Notes: generated by a model not told the origin, from the sequence alone. A stretch of DNA of 64,000 bases from Dendrobates tinctorius (GCF_039654945.1 NW_027362117.1:1054001-1118000); one strand, 5' to 3'; counted from the stretch's first letter, positions 50,951 to 63,703 are shown. Numbers and translations: made by a program.

Positions 50951-52285
50951 CGGTATACGTGCAGTGTTCTCTGGTGTATACACAGCTCCCTTCCTCTGTC
51001 TTGCAGACTCTTTATGTGACTTCTGATCTCAATATAAAGTTCTTTCATCTCTGGAATTATTTGCTGACATTGGGGATTCGGCATCTGGAGACGTTTCTGT
51101 GTTGTGTAACTGTATATAGGGGATGAATGTTCCGTGTTCTGCGTTCACCTCGTGTTTATATGTGAAGAACAGAACGTGATTCTTTCAGTGGTAAACAGAA
51201 CGTTTAGATGGCGGCTCGGGGCGCGGAGATGACATTCGGGTAGGGGATCACTGGATCCATCAGATGTTACATAACAGACAGATCTCACGTCATTAACACA
51301 CGAATGTCACCAACCAGCGCCGGCTATGGCTGCTGCTACCGGCATCACATAGAGCGGCGGCGGACACAGACCGGTCTCGGGCCCTTTGCAGCCCAATAAC
51401 TCAATGCACAATTCCACCTGCTGAGGAGGTAGGGGCCCCTTATTTCTTGGGCCCCTGTGCGGCTGCACATGATACACCAATAAGACGTCCGCCGCTGACA
51501 TGTCACCATGTAATCCAGACCCAGCTCTTCATGGATCACTGCTGACAACCAGCCTGTATCCATGGATGAGAGGTTGTCAGACCCCCCCCCCCCCGGTGAC
51601 ATCACTGATAGAATTTAATGACGTTTTTATTTTCGTCCTTGTGATGACTGGTCGCCACTGTTAGGCTATGTGCACACGTGCGGAATTGCTGCGGAAATTT
51701 CCGAGGCAATTCCGCAACTCCCTGCAGCGGGAAATACGCGGGAAATCCACGTGCGGAATTCCCACGAAAACCTTGGGATTTCCAAGTGTTTGACGAGTGT
51801 GACCAACTTTTTACCACTGAGGCGGCCTATGCGGCATCAATAGTTAAAGATAAAATGTGAAAAATAATTAAAAAAGTTAAAAATGGTGATATTCTCACCT
51901 TCCAGCGTCCCGCTCAGCGTCCCCAGGCCTCAGCGATGCTCCCGCCAACTCCCGTTCCCAGCGATGCCTTGCAGCAATGACCCCAGATCATGTAGCGTCA
52001 CGCGAGACCACTGCGTCATTACAGGTCATTGTTGCAAGGCATCACTGGGAAGGGGAGTTGGTGGGAGCATTGCGAGGCCTGGGGACGCTGCGGGGGCCGC
52101 CGGAAGGTGAGAATATCACCATTTTTTATTTTAATTCTTTTTAACAGGGATATGGCACCCACAGCCCGGAGGACAGTCTCCTCTCCCCCCGCCCGTGGGT
52201 ACCATCTGCACATGATCCGCTTACTTTGGGCATGGTGGGCACAGCCACATGCAGAATGTAAGCGGATCAATGCATTCCTATGTGT

Positions 52286-53060
52286 AATCCCCCAAAAAGG
52301 GCTAAGTACGTAAAAGCTCATCCATAAGGGTACAACAGAAATCCGAAAAGAGAAAAAATAGGACCAAAGAGCAATAGATAAAATAGTAAATTTTATTGTT
52401 TACAAAAATTGAGTAAGTAATATATGATATATAACAATACGAAAAAGGGAATCAGCGACACCTAGATGCCACATTCAGGCTAGCATTGGTATATGAAAGG
52501 GAAGATAGTAGGTAGAATTCATATACGACATACACCCAAACAATATACAATTGGCCCTAAGAGAAGAGCAATATAAGCGTACAAACAATAGCCGCCAGAT
52601 AAGACATTTGTGAGTAGTGGAATAAACAAATATCTCGCTATTATTGAGTATAAAGGGCGATAGTGCAATGTAAGTGGTCCAAAATACGGACCTACAAATA
52701 ATAGTGCGTAAGAGAAAATGTAGCCTGACAGCGAAGACAGCGTTCAGTAATACCGGCCATAAGAATACATAGCGGAGGTGTATGGAGGTAAGTGAAGTGA
52801 TAAATGCATATAGCGCCAAAGAGCAACCTTGCTGAAATGTGGGCAGGAGGACCCTACGCGCGTTTCGCTTCTTTGCTTCTTCGGGGGGGGGGGCGTGAAT
52901 ATACCAAACCTAGTCTGAATGTGGCATCTAGGTGTCGCTGATTCCCTTTTTCGTATTGTTATATATCATATATTACGTATTTTATTCCATTTTTGTAAAC
53001 AATAAAATTTACTATGTTATTTATTGCTCTTTGGTCCTATTTTTTTTCTTTGTGGATTTT
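52286..53060 (-). mobile_element. Penelope-like pLTR remnant with inverted segment
   Basis: Perfect 15-bp flanking duplication TGCATTCCTATGTGT (52271-52285, 53061-53075); inverted repeat about 52345-52478 / 52915-53050; hammerhead-like motif at 52851-52890. Confidence 0.78.
52851..52890 (-). ncRNA. Minimal hammerhead ribozyme-like motif (Penelope type, U4C variant)
   Basis: Minus strand: CCC-CCGAAGA-A-GC aaagaa GC-GAAAC GCGC GTA-GGGT. 2-bp stem II, palindromic stem III, GUA triplet. Confidence 0.6.
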
Positions 53061-53669
53061 TGCATTCCTATGTGTGCGGATTTTCCCGTGATTCCGCACA
53101 AAGAATGAGCATGCTGCGTCATTTTCCACGATGCGATTCCACAGCGGAAAAATACGCAGCATTAGCACAGCATGTGCGGAATGCCATTGAATTCAATGGG
53201 TTGCTTTTTGTATGCATTTTCGCTGCGAAAAAACGCGGCAAAAAACGCATAAAATCTGCAACGTGTGCACACAGCCTAAGTCTGCGGAGAGACGTAACCT
53301 ACAGAAATGGCGCCCTCCCCTATCGGCGCTTTAAGAACCTTCTAAACGATTTTCCTGCACCTTCGCCCCCATAAGTGTCATCAGAGGGTCTGCAGCCAAT
53401 TAAGGGCCATATGTGGTTTATGTCTGAAGCGTGGTCCGAGATTTCCTCCAGGAGGGAAGGATGTGTAAAGACTGAGGTAAGATCTGAGTGATCAGGAGGA
53501 AAACATGAAGGGGATGTAGGTGGAGGCTCAGGATAAATACCCCGGCACCCAGACGTTTCCTCACCAGTCCCAGCGGAGAACCAGACTTGTGAGTATTATA
53601 TAGCATAGTATTACACACTATTCTCATAAAATGAACTGCTGTAATGTGACAGTGATATTTCTAGTAAGA

Positions 53670-54980
53670 AGTGCTGGCTCAGTGGTTACATGCACTGACC
53701 CTAGATACAGAGTCAGCCCCTGAGGACCATGCCTTTACTTTAGGTATATGATTAGTTATATTAATTGATTATATCCTGAATCATCCATAGTTACATGTCT
53801 GATAATGTAGTGGAGAAGCTGACTCAGTGGTTACATGCATTGACCTAGGACCCTGTCTGTCACTTTAGATATATGAGCAGTTATTCTGATTAATTATATC
53901 CCTAAGCTTCCATAGTTACCAGTCTGATAATGTAGAGTAGAAGCTGACTCAGTGGTTACATGCATTGACCTAGATGCAGAGATAGCTCCCGAGGACCATG
54001 TCTGTCACTTTAGGTAAATGAGCAGTTATATTGACTGATTATATGATGAATCTTCCATAGTTACCAGTCTGATAATGTAGAGTAGAAGCTGACTCAGTGG
54101 TTATATGCACTGACCTAGATACAGAGATAGCTCCCGAGGACCATGGCTGTCACTTTAGGTAAATGAGCAGTTATATTGATTGATTATATCCTTAATCTTC
54201 CATAGTTACCAGTCTGATAATGTAGAGTAGAAGCTGACTCAGTGGTTACGTGCATTGACCTAGATCCAGAGATAGCCCCCGAGGACCATGCCTGTCACTT
54301 TAGATGTATGAGCAGTTATTCTGATTAATTATATCCTTAATCTTCCATAGTTACTTGTCTGATAATGTAGAGTAGAAGCTGACTCAGTGGTTACGTGCAT
54401 TGACCTAGATCCAGAGATAGCCCCCGAGGACCATGGCTGTCACTTTAGGTAAATGAGCAGTTATATTGATTGATTATATCCTTAATCTTCCATAGTTACC
54501 AGTCTGATAATGTAGAGTAGAAGCTGACTCAGTGGTTACGTGCATTGACCTAGATCCAGAGATAGCCCCCGAGGACCATGTCTGTCACTTTAGATGTATG
54601 AGCAGTTATTCTGATTAATTATATCCTTAATCTTCCATAGTAACTTGTCTGATAATGTAGAGTAGAAGCTGACTCAGTGGTTACGTGCATTGACCTAGAT
54701 CCAGAGATAGCCCCCGAGGACCATGTCTGTCACTTTAGATGTATGAGCAGTTATTCTGATTAATTATATCCTTAATCTTCCATAGTAACTTGTCTGATAA
54801 TGTAGAGTAGAAGCTGACTCAGTGGTTACATGCATTGACCTAGATCCAGAGATAGCCCCTGAGGACCATGGCTGTCACTTTAGGTAAATGATCAGTTATA
54901 TTGATTGACTATATGATGAATGTTCCATAGTTATCAGTCTGATAATGTAGAGTAGAAGCTGAGTCAGTGGTTACATGCAC
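53670..54980 (+). repeat. 145-bp tandem repeat, about 9 copies, upstream of MGP
   Basis: AAGCTGA(C/G)TCAGTGG recurs at 53816, 53941, 54086, 54231, 54376, 54521, 54666, 54811 and 54956 (145-bp spacing except the first, shortened unit). Confidence 0.95.
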
Positions 54981-56591
54981 CCGATAGAATATAGAATATT
55001 ATTAGCTATATCTAAGCTATTAATAATTTAGTCTTCTAGTCTTATTTGTCTATTAAGCAGAGCTAGATCGGAGCCAATGGCGACCTCTGTAACTTGGGGA
55101 AAGGGAGAGCTGTGTAGAGATGGAGCTTCTGCAGGTGAGAGATGAATATCCAGACGGGTCCAGTAGATTGGATGTAACCTGCAATATCCTGCTCTGGAAA
55201 CTGTGGCCTGAGGCATCAGGTGAATGGGTCTGAATGTAGCGGAGGCGGCTTAGTCTAGGAATTCATATCCGTGGACAGGTCGGGCTTAACCTTTTCATGC
55301 CCAGCGTGGTTTTGATTTTCCAGTGATGAGGAGCGCTTTCTGATAGACTTCGGGCTCAGTCATCGTTTCATTTGCTCCTTTTGTTTTTTTCTTGGTTTTG
55401 GTGTTTTTCTCCGTTGCTTTACGTCTGTTTTAAGCTTTCTCCTTTTCTCTTCTAGTATTCGCCTCTCTGTGGATGAGGTGTGGGGTGCACAGAACTTTTG
55501 GCAGATTCAAATTGTCATTTTTTTTAATGGTTTTATTAAAAAGGAAACATCATTTACCATGAAATCCATTCACATGAGAGTACAAGGATCCCAAAGTGTC
55601 AGACGGCGGCCTTGACCCCGAAAATCTTAGTTTTAAATATTTGTAGAAAAACAATTCTAACACGACTAAGCTATTAAGGAATGGGGAGGGAAAGTGAGGC
55701 TCCATGAGAAGCATGAAACTTTTACGCTTTTTTTTGCATCATTTTTACGGAACTTTCAACTTTTTGTCCTTAAAAAAAAAAACCAGATACAAATGTGAGG
55801 CGCATTTGGAGCAAACGGGGTTTGTCATTTTGATGAATTGGGTGTAAAAATCGTCAGCGAATAAAAGACGGAAAAACGAAAGTGACTTAAAAATGCAGAT
55901 GATGAATGGGGCCCGTCATGTTTCCTTTTAGTGACATTGGAAGATCTCTGCTTGCTGTCAGTGAATGAAGACCCCGGATTCCATCTGGAGGCAGTGATAC
56001 AGTTTATCCAGTGCTGATACATTGTAACAAACTGTCAGCTTTGTGCAGATGCTTCTTTGTGTGCATCAGCTAAGGTCACTGCCTCTGAATGTTAAGGAGA
56101 GTGTTCTCATTCACTGACAGCAAGCAGAGATCCTGACAATGGGGAGTAACACAAAGTCCATTAGTGAGATCAGCCCTTTCTGTTATACAGTGAATTAATA
56201 TATGACAGGGAGGACCCTGCAATGTCTCATGGGGTACATGGGGGCACAATGTCAAAATCATCTGCCTCCAAGGGCTGATACTGGGCATCTAGCAGGTCAT
56301 GGAGCTCCTGGGAGTTGTAGTTCACCTCCACAGGTTTATCCACTTGTTTATTTCGCAGGCTTATATAATATTTTTCACCTTTTGATATTTTCGTCACCGT
56401 CCCTCTCGCCGCCCCCCACCCTGGTATAACCGTGCCAGCACATACCTCTCAGCGTTCTTGGTGCCGCCCACCCCAGATGTTGGGTTTTATAGGAACGTTG
56501 CTCTCTTACAAGCAGTAATTACTCCTTATATCCCCAGCAGAAGATTTCCTTGTGGCAAGTGAAAAAGGAAAAATACACAAGACAAGTCAGC

Positions 56592-59500
56592 ATGAAGACC
56601 CTGGCACTGCTCCTGGTCGTGGCTCTGGCCATTGCGGTCACCCTCGCATACGGTAACGATTATTTACTTGATTTCTTCGAAGAAAAAACTGCAAATTATC
56701 TGAAATTCTAAATACTAGAGCACCTGGAGGCCATAGACAGGACACAAGCTGCTGTAACCAGAACCATAGACAGGACACAGGCTGCTGTAACCAGAACCAT
56801 AGACAGGACACAAGCTGCTGTAACCAGAACCATAGACAGGACACAGGCTGCTGTAACCAGAAACATAGACAGGACACAAGCTGCTGTAACCAGAACCATA
56901 GACAGGACACAAGCTGCTGTAACCAGAACCATAGACAGGACACAGGCTGCTGTAACCAGAAACATAGACAGGACACAGACTGCTGTAACCAGAACCATAG
57001 ACAGGACACAGGCTGCTGTAACCAGGACCATAGACAGGACACAGGCTGCTGTAACTAGAACCATAGACAGGACATAAGCTGCTGTAACCAGAACCATAGA
57101 CAGGACACAGGCTGCTGTAACTAGAACCATAGACAGGACACAGACTGCTGTGACCAGGACCATAGACAGGACACAGGCTGCTGTAACCAGAAACATAGAC
57201 AGGACACAGACTGCTGTAACCAGAACCATAGACAGGACACAGGCTTCTGTAACCAGGACCATAGACAGGACACAGGCTGCTGTAACTAGAACCATAGACA
57301 GGACATAAGCTGCTGTAACCAGAACCATAGACAGGACACAGGGTGCTGTAACCAGGACCATAGACAGGACACAGGCTGCTGTAACTAGAACCATAGACAG
57401 GACACAGGCTGCTGTAACCAGGACCATAGACAGGACACAGGCTGCTGTAACTAGAACCATAGACAGGACACAGACTGCTGTGACCAGGACCATAGACAGG
57501 ACACAGGCTGCTGTAACCAGAACCATAGACAGGACACAGGCTGCTGCAACCAGAACTATAGACAGGACACAAGCTGCTGTAACCAGAACCATTGACAGGA
57601 CACAAGCTGCTGTAACCAGGAACATAGACAGGACACAGGCTGCTGTAACCTGAACCATAGACAAAATAATAATAATAATAACAATAAATTTTATTTCTAT
57701 AGCGCCGACATATTCCGCAGCACTTTACATTTCAGAGGGGACTTGTACAGACGATAGACATTACAGCATAACAATAATCACATAGATCATAACAGATACC
57801 AAGAGGAGTGAGGGCCCTGCTCGCAAGCTTACAGTCTATGAGGAAAGTGGGAGACACGAAAGGTGGGTGGTAACAGTTGCCCTGATTGTTTGGACCAGCC
57901 ATAATGTTAAGTGTGTATCAGTACAGACACAGAGGGCTAATGGATGCATAAAGCATGTGGGAACATGATGCGGGGAACCTGGTTATGGTAAAAACTTTTG
58001 GCTGTGCCACACAGGGATAGGTTAGGTTAATGCGTTGAGGCGATAGGCCAGTCTGAATAAATGAGTTTTCAGGGCACGCTTAAAATTGTGGGGATTGGGG
58101 ACTAATCGTATTGACCTGGGAAGTGCATTCCAAAGAATTGGCGCAGCACGTGTAAAGTCTTGGAGACGGGAGTGGGAGGTTCTGACTATTGAGGATGCTA
58201 ACCTCAGGTCATCAGCAGAACGGAGGGCGCGGGTAGGGTGGTATACTGAAACAAGGGAGATGTAGGGTGGTGCTGAGCCATGGAGGGCTTTGTGGGTGAG
58301 GGTAATAAGTTTGTACTGGATTCTGGAGGGGATGGGTAGCCAGTGTAATGACTGGCACAAGGCAGAGGCATCTGTGTAACGATTGGTGAGGAATATGATC
58401 CTGGCTGCAGCATTCAAGACAGATTGGAGAGGGGAGAGTTTGGTAAGAGGGAGACCGATTAGAAGGGAGTTACAATAGTCAAGACGAGAATGAATAAGAG
58501 AAACAGAGTTTTTGCGGAGTGAAAAGTAAGAAAAGGTCGAATTCTAGAAATGTTTTTGAGGTGCAGATGACAAGATCGAGCCAGTGATCGAATGTGGGGG
58601 GCAAAGGAAAGCTCGGAGTCAAGTATGACCCCAAGACAGCGGGCATGTTGCTGGGGAGTAATAGTGGAACCACACACGGAAATGGCAATGTCGGGTGTAG
58701 GTACATTAGTAGCGGGAGGAAACACAAGGAGTTCAGTCTTTGACAGGTTCAGTTTCAGATATAGTGAGGACATGATGTTAGACACAGCGTTTAGACAATC
58801 GCCGGTGTTTTCTAGAAAGGCTGGCGTGATGTCAGGAGAAGAAGCGTATAATTGGGTGTCATCAGCATAGAGATGGTACTGGAAACCAAATCTACTGATT
58901 GACCAATAGGGGCAGTGTACAAGGAGAAGAGGAGGGGGCCTAGAACCGATCCTTGAGGAACCCCAACAGTAAGGGGAAGATGAGAGGAGGAGGAACCGGC
59001 AAAAGATACAGTAAAGGAGCGGTCAGAGAGATAGGAGGAGAATTAGGAGAGAACGGTGTCCTTGAGGCCGATGGAGCGGAGCATAGTGAGGAGGAGCTGA
59101 TGATCCACAGTGTCGAATGCTGCAGAGAGATCCAAGAGAATTAGCATGGAGTAATGACCATTAGATTTAGCTGTTAGTAGATCATTAGAGACTTTAGTGA
59201 GGGCAGTTTCTGTAGAGTGTAAAGAGCGGAAACCGGATTGGAGAGGGTCGAGAAGAGAGTTATCAGAGAGACAGCGGATCAGACGGGAGTGGACCAGGCG
59301 TTCCAGGAGTTTAGAGATGAAGGGAAGATTAGAGACAGGTCTATAGTTAGTGGCACAGTTTTGGTCGAGGGATGGTTTTTTAAGTAGTGGATGTATGATG
59401 GCATGCTTAAATGAGGAGGGAAAAATACCAGAAGAGAGAGAGAGGTTAAATATTTTAGTTAGGTGAGGGGTGACTGCAGGGGAAAGGGACTGGAGGAGAT

Positions 59501-62500
59501 GTGACGGAAATGGGTCACTGATGCAAGTAGTTGGGCGAGAAGATGCAAGGAGCCTGCTCACTTCTTCTTCTGTGACTGGTTCAAAATCAGAGAGTGAGCT
59601 AGATGCAGTGGGGGAGGGAGGACAGTGCATGGTATGAGGTGATTGGGAGATAATTTCCTGTCGGATCTGGTCAATTTTTTCTTTGAAGTAATTGGCCAGA
59701 TCGTCAGCTCGGAGCTCCGTGGTTGGGGCCTGTACTCTTGGGTTGAGCAGGGAATGAAAAGTGTCAAAGAGAGGTTTCGGGTTATTGGACAGTGAGGTGA
59801 TGAGGGTGTTGAAATAGGTTTGTTTGGAGAGGTGAAGGGCAGTGTTGTATGTTCGAAGCATAAACTTATAATGGATGAAATCTTCGGGTTGGTTGGATTT
59901 TCTCCACAGACGTTTGGCGCACCTGGAGCACCGCTGCAGGAAACGTGTTTGCACCGTGTGCCAGGGTTGTCGCCGTCTGTGTTGTGGTGTTCTATTTATA
60001 GGAGGAGCAATTTCATCCAGGGCAGTTTGAAGTGTTTCATTGTAATGCTTCAGTGCAGAATCAGGACATGAGAGGGAGGAGATAGGGGCCAATGAAGACT
60101 GCAAGTTCTTCATAAGTTTCTGGGTGTTAATGGCCTGTATGTTTCTATAAGTCTGGACAGTGGGGGTGACCTGAGCAGCCGGGCAGTTCTTTATAGAGAA
60201 TGAAAGAAGGTTGTGGTCAGAGAGCGGGAGAGGGGAGTTTGTGAAATCATCCACTGCACAAAGCCGAGAGAAGACCAAGTCGAGGGAGTTTCCGTCTTCA
60301 TGCGTTGGAGAATTAGTAAGCTGCGAAAGGCCAAATGAGGAGGTTAGAGATAAAAGGTGAGTAGCAGATGGGGAGAGGGGAAGAGCAATGGGGATGTTGA
60401 AATCGCCCATGATGAAGGTAGGGATGTCACAGGAGAGAAAATGTGGAAGCCAAGTGGCAAAATGATCCAGGAATTGATGGGAGGGGCCGGGAGGACGATA
60501 TACCACCGCCACTCGCATGGAGAAGGGGGTGTAGAGTCTGACGGAATGGACCTCAAAAGAAGGGAAGACAAGTGAGGGCAGTTGAGGGATAACCTGAAAG
60601 CTACATTTTGGTGATAGGAGCAGACCAACGCCAATATATAAACAGGCTGCTGTAACCAGAACCATAGACAGGACACAGGCTGCTGTAACCAGAAACATAG
60701 ACAGGACACAGACTGCTGTATGCAGAACCATAGACAGGACACAGGCTGCTGTAACCAGAACTATAGACAGGACACAAACTGCTGTAACCAGAAACATAGA
60801 CAGGGCACAGGCTGCTGTAACCAGAAACATAGACAGGACACAGGCTGCTGTAACCAGAACCATAGACAGGACACAGGCTGCTGTAACCAGAAACATAGAC
60901 CGGACACAGGCTGCTGTAACCAGAAACAGACAGGACACAGACTGCTGTAACCAGAAACAGACAGGACACAGGCTGCTGTAATCTGAGCTATACACAGGAC
61001 ACAGGCTGCTGTAACCAGAAACATAGATAGGACACAGGCTGCTGTAACCAGAAACATAGACAGGACACAGACTGCTGTAACCAGAACCATAGACAGGACA
61101 CAGGCTGCTGTAATCTGAGCTATACACAGGACACAGGCTGCTGTAACCAGAACCATAGACAGGACACAGGCTGCTGTAACCAGAACCATAGATAGGACAC
61201 AGGCTGCCTAACCTGAGCTATAGACAGGACACAGGCTGCTGTAACCAGAAACATAGACAGGACACAGACTGCTGTATGCAGAACCATAGACAGGACACAG
61301 GCTGCTGTAACCAGAACTATAGACAGGACACAAACTGCTGTAACCAGAAACATAGACAGGGCACAGGCTGCTGTAACCAGAAACATAGACAGGACAGAGG
61401 CTGCTGCATAAACTTAACACTGACACTTTTCTTCCTTATCCAGACTCATATGAAAGCCACGAGTCCTACGAACGTTATGGTAAGAAGAACGATTTGTTTA
61501 CAAAATAAAGATATAAGAAAGATTGCAGGACTCCTGCTTGTATCTGAGGGGTTGTTACAGTGTATCAGGGTAAACAATTCTTTGCTCTCTACCTCTGCTT
61601 TCTTTATGTATTTCTCTTCTCTCTGCTGTCTGACCTGTATTCTATACACATCATCACTCTTATATTTTTGCTGCAGATCCGTTTGTTAACTCAAGAAATG
61701 CCAACTCCTTCATGCAACGGAACGTGCGAATGAATGAGCGGTAAAAAGAACGGCGCGCACAATAATCTGACACTCTGTGCCGGCACATACAGATTACACA
61801 CGACTAGAGCCTATAGACTATAGTATTACTGCAGAGCTGCATTCACAGGTGTTAGACTCCAGCCACATCCAGAGCTGCATTCACAAGTGTTAGACTCCAG
61901 CCACATCCAGAGCTGCATTCACAAGTGTTAGACTCCAGCCACATCCAGAGCTGCATTCACAAGTGTTAGACTCCAGCCACATCCAGAGCTGCATTCACAA
62001 GTGTTAGACTCCAGCCACATCCAGAGCTGCATTCACAAGTGTTAGACTCCAGCCACATCCAGAGCTGCATTCACAAGTGTTAGACTCCAGCCACATCCAG
62101 AGCTGCATTCACAAGTGTTAGACTCCAGCCACATCCAGAGCTGCACTCACAAGTGTTAGACTCCAGCCACATCCAGAGCTGCATTCACAAGTGTTAGACT
62201 CCAGCCACATCCAGAGCTGCATTCACAAGTGTTAGACTCCAGCCACATCCAGAGCTGCACTCACAAGTGTTATACTCCAGCCACATTCAGAACTGCATTC
62301 ACAAGTGTTATACTCCAGCCACATCCAGAGCTGCACTCACAAGTGTTATACGCCAGCCACATCCAGAGCTGCATTCACAAGTGTTATACTTCAGTCACAT
62401 CCAGAGCTGCATTCACAAGTGTTATACTCCAGCCACATCCAGAGCTGCACTCACAAGTGTTATACTCCAGCCACATCCACAGCTACACTCACAAGTGTTA

Positions 62501-63510
62501 TACTCCAGCCACATCAAGAGCTGCACTCACAAGTGATATACTCCAGCCACATCCAGAGCTGCACTCACAAGTGTCATACTCCAGCCACATCCAGAGCTAC
62601 ACTCACAAGTGTTATACTCCAGCCACATCAAGAGCTGCACTCACAAGTGATATACTCCAGCCACATCCAGAGCTGCACTCACAAGTGTTATACTCCAGCC
62701 ACATCAAGAGCTGCACTCACAAGTGATATACTCCAGCCACATCCAGAGCTGCACTCACAAGTGTCATACTCCAGCCACATCCAGAGCTACACTCACAAGT
62801 GTTATACTCCAGCCACATCAAGAGCTGCACTCACAAGTGTTATACTCCAGCCACATCCAGAGCTGCACTCACAAGTGTTATACTCCAGCCACATCCAGAG
62901 CTGCACTCACAAGTGATATACTCCAGCCACATCCAGAGCTGCACTCACAAGTGTCATACTCCAGCCACATCCAGAGCTGCACTCACAAGTGTTATACTCC
63001 AGCCACATCAAGAGCTGCACTCACAAGTGATATACTCCAGCCACATCCAGAGCTGCACTCACAAGTGTTATACTCCAGTAACATCCAGATCTGCACTCCC
63101 TGGTTATTTTCTATAGCTAGTGTCACAGTTCTTATGGAACAGTTCTTCAAATGATGGAATTGGTTTCTAAACTATTTTTTCCTCTGTTGATTTACTCAAT
63201 GAAATGATTCAGGAAACTAGAAGCAGTATGCAGCTCTGGATGTGACTGGAGTAGAATAGCTCAGAAGTGTTAGCTCGTGTTCTGTAGAGATCTAATCCAT
63301 GACACATTGTGGAGTTGCCCTTTAAGCGCTGCTCTTGTCATTGCTACTTATGTCATTTCCCGTTTATCCAGACTTCGTGCCAAGAGCCCCTGGGAACGCC
63401 AGCGTGAGACGTGCGAGGAGTACAACCCCTGCGAGCGCTACGCCATGCGACACGGCTGGGGAGCGGCTTACAAGCGATACTTCGGACAGCGCAACGGCGG
63501 GAGATACTAG
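56592..63510 (+). CDS. MGP: Matrix Gla protein, 99 aa precursor
   Basis: Exons 56592-56652, 61444-61479, 61677-61740, 63372-63510 (300 nt): [99 protein letters not shown]. Signal peptide, SxE-SxE-SxE phosphomotif, ANxF, ExxxExC Gla core with two Cys, AYxRYF. Confidence 0.96.
56731..57663 (+). repeat. 33-bp minisatellite in MGP intron 1, left part
   Basis: Unit CATAGACAGGACACAGGCTGCTGTAACCAGAAC. Confidence 0.95.
57664..60632 (-). mobile_element. 5'-truncated L2 LINE, antisense in MGP intron 1
   Basis: About 530 open codons of EN and RT ([51 protein letters not shown]), then a stop at 59043, YADD region, frameshifts, LHWLP...KTHLF, 3' UTR and (TTA)n tail at about 57664-57690. Confidence 0.95.
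60642..61407 (+). repeat. 33-bp minisatellite in MGP intron 1, right part
   Basis: Same unit as 56731-57663; resumes after the L2. Confidence 0.95.
61830..63098 (+). repeat. 38-bp minisatellite, about 33 copies, in MGP intron 3
   Basis: Unit TACTCCAGCCACATCCAGAGCTGCACTCACAAGTGTTA. Confidence 0.95.
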
Positions 63511-63697
63511 GAGATGATGGGCCCTGCGCTATTCCGCCAGTTTCTCTTTCATTGTTGAGTTTTATCGTCTGCACCTTACAATCAGCATTTTTCATATATT
63601 GTCATAATTCTGGGGGGATCCAGGACGGGGACACGATATCCGCACCCGATTCCGGGGCTGTAAATAATCGCTTCACTGTGGAAACATAAGTACAAGA

Positions 63698-63703
63698 AAT
63701 AAA
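63698..63703 (+). terminator. Candidate MGP polyadenylation signal
   Basis: AATAAA about 190 nt after the stop codon. Confidence 0.6.

Larger units (their letters stand above)
51664..53276. mobile_element. Harbinger-type MITE with internal long palindrome, interrupted by a Penelope-like insertion
   Basis: TTA-GGCTATGTGCACACGT ... ACGTGTGCACACAGCC-TAA; internal inverted arms about 51880-51983 / 52024-52126. Confidence 0.85.

Noticed and set aside
59043-61127. Active or domesticated reverse transcriptase gene
   Set aside because: The endonuclease is 5'-truncated, the frame stops before YADD, downstream sequence is frameshifted, and the N-terminus is minisatellite.
56592-63510. Osteocalcin (BGLAP) instead of MGP
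   Set aside because: It has the N-terminal SxE phosphomotif, lacks a propeptide with a furin site, and lies next to ERP27.
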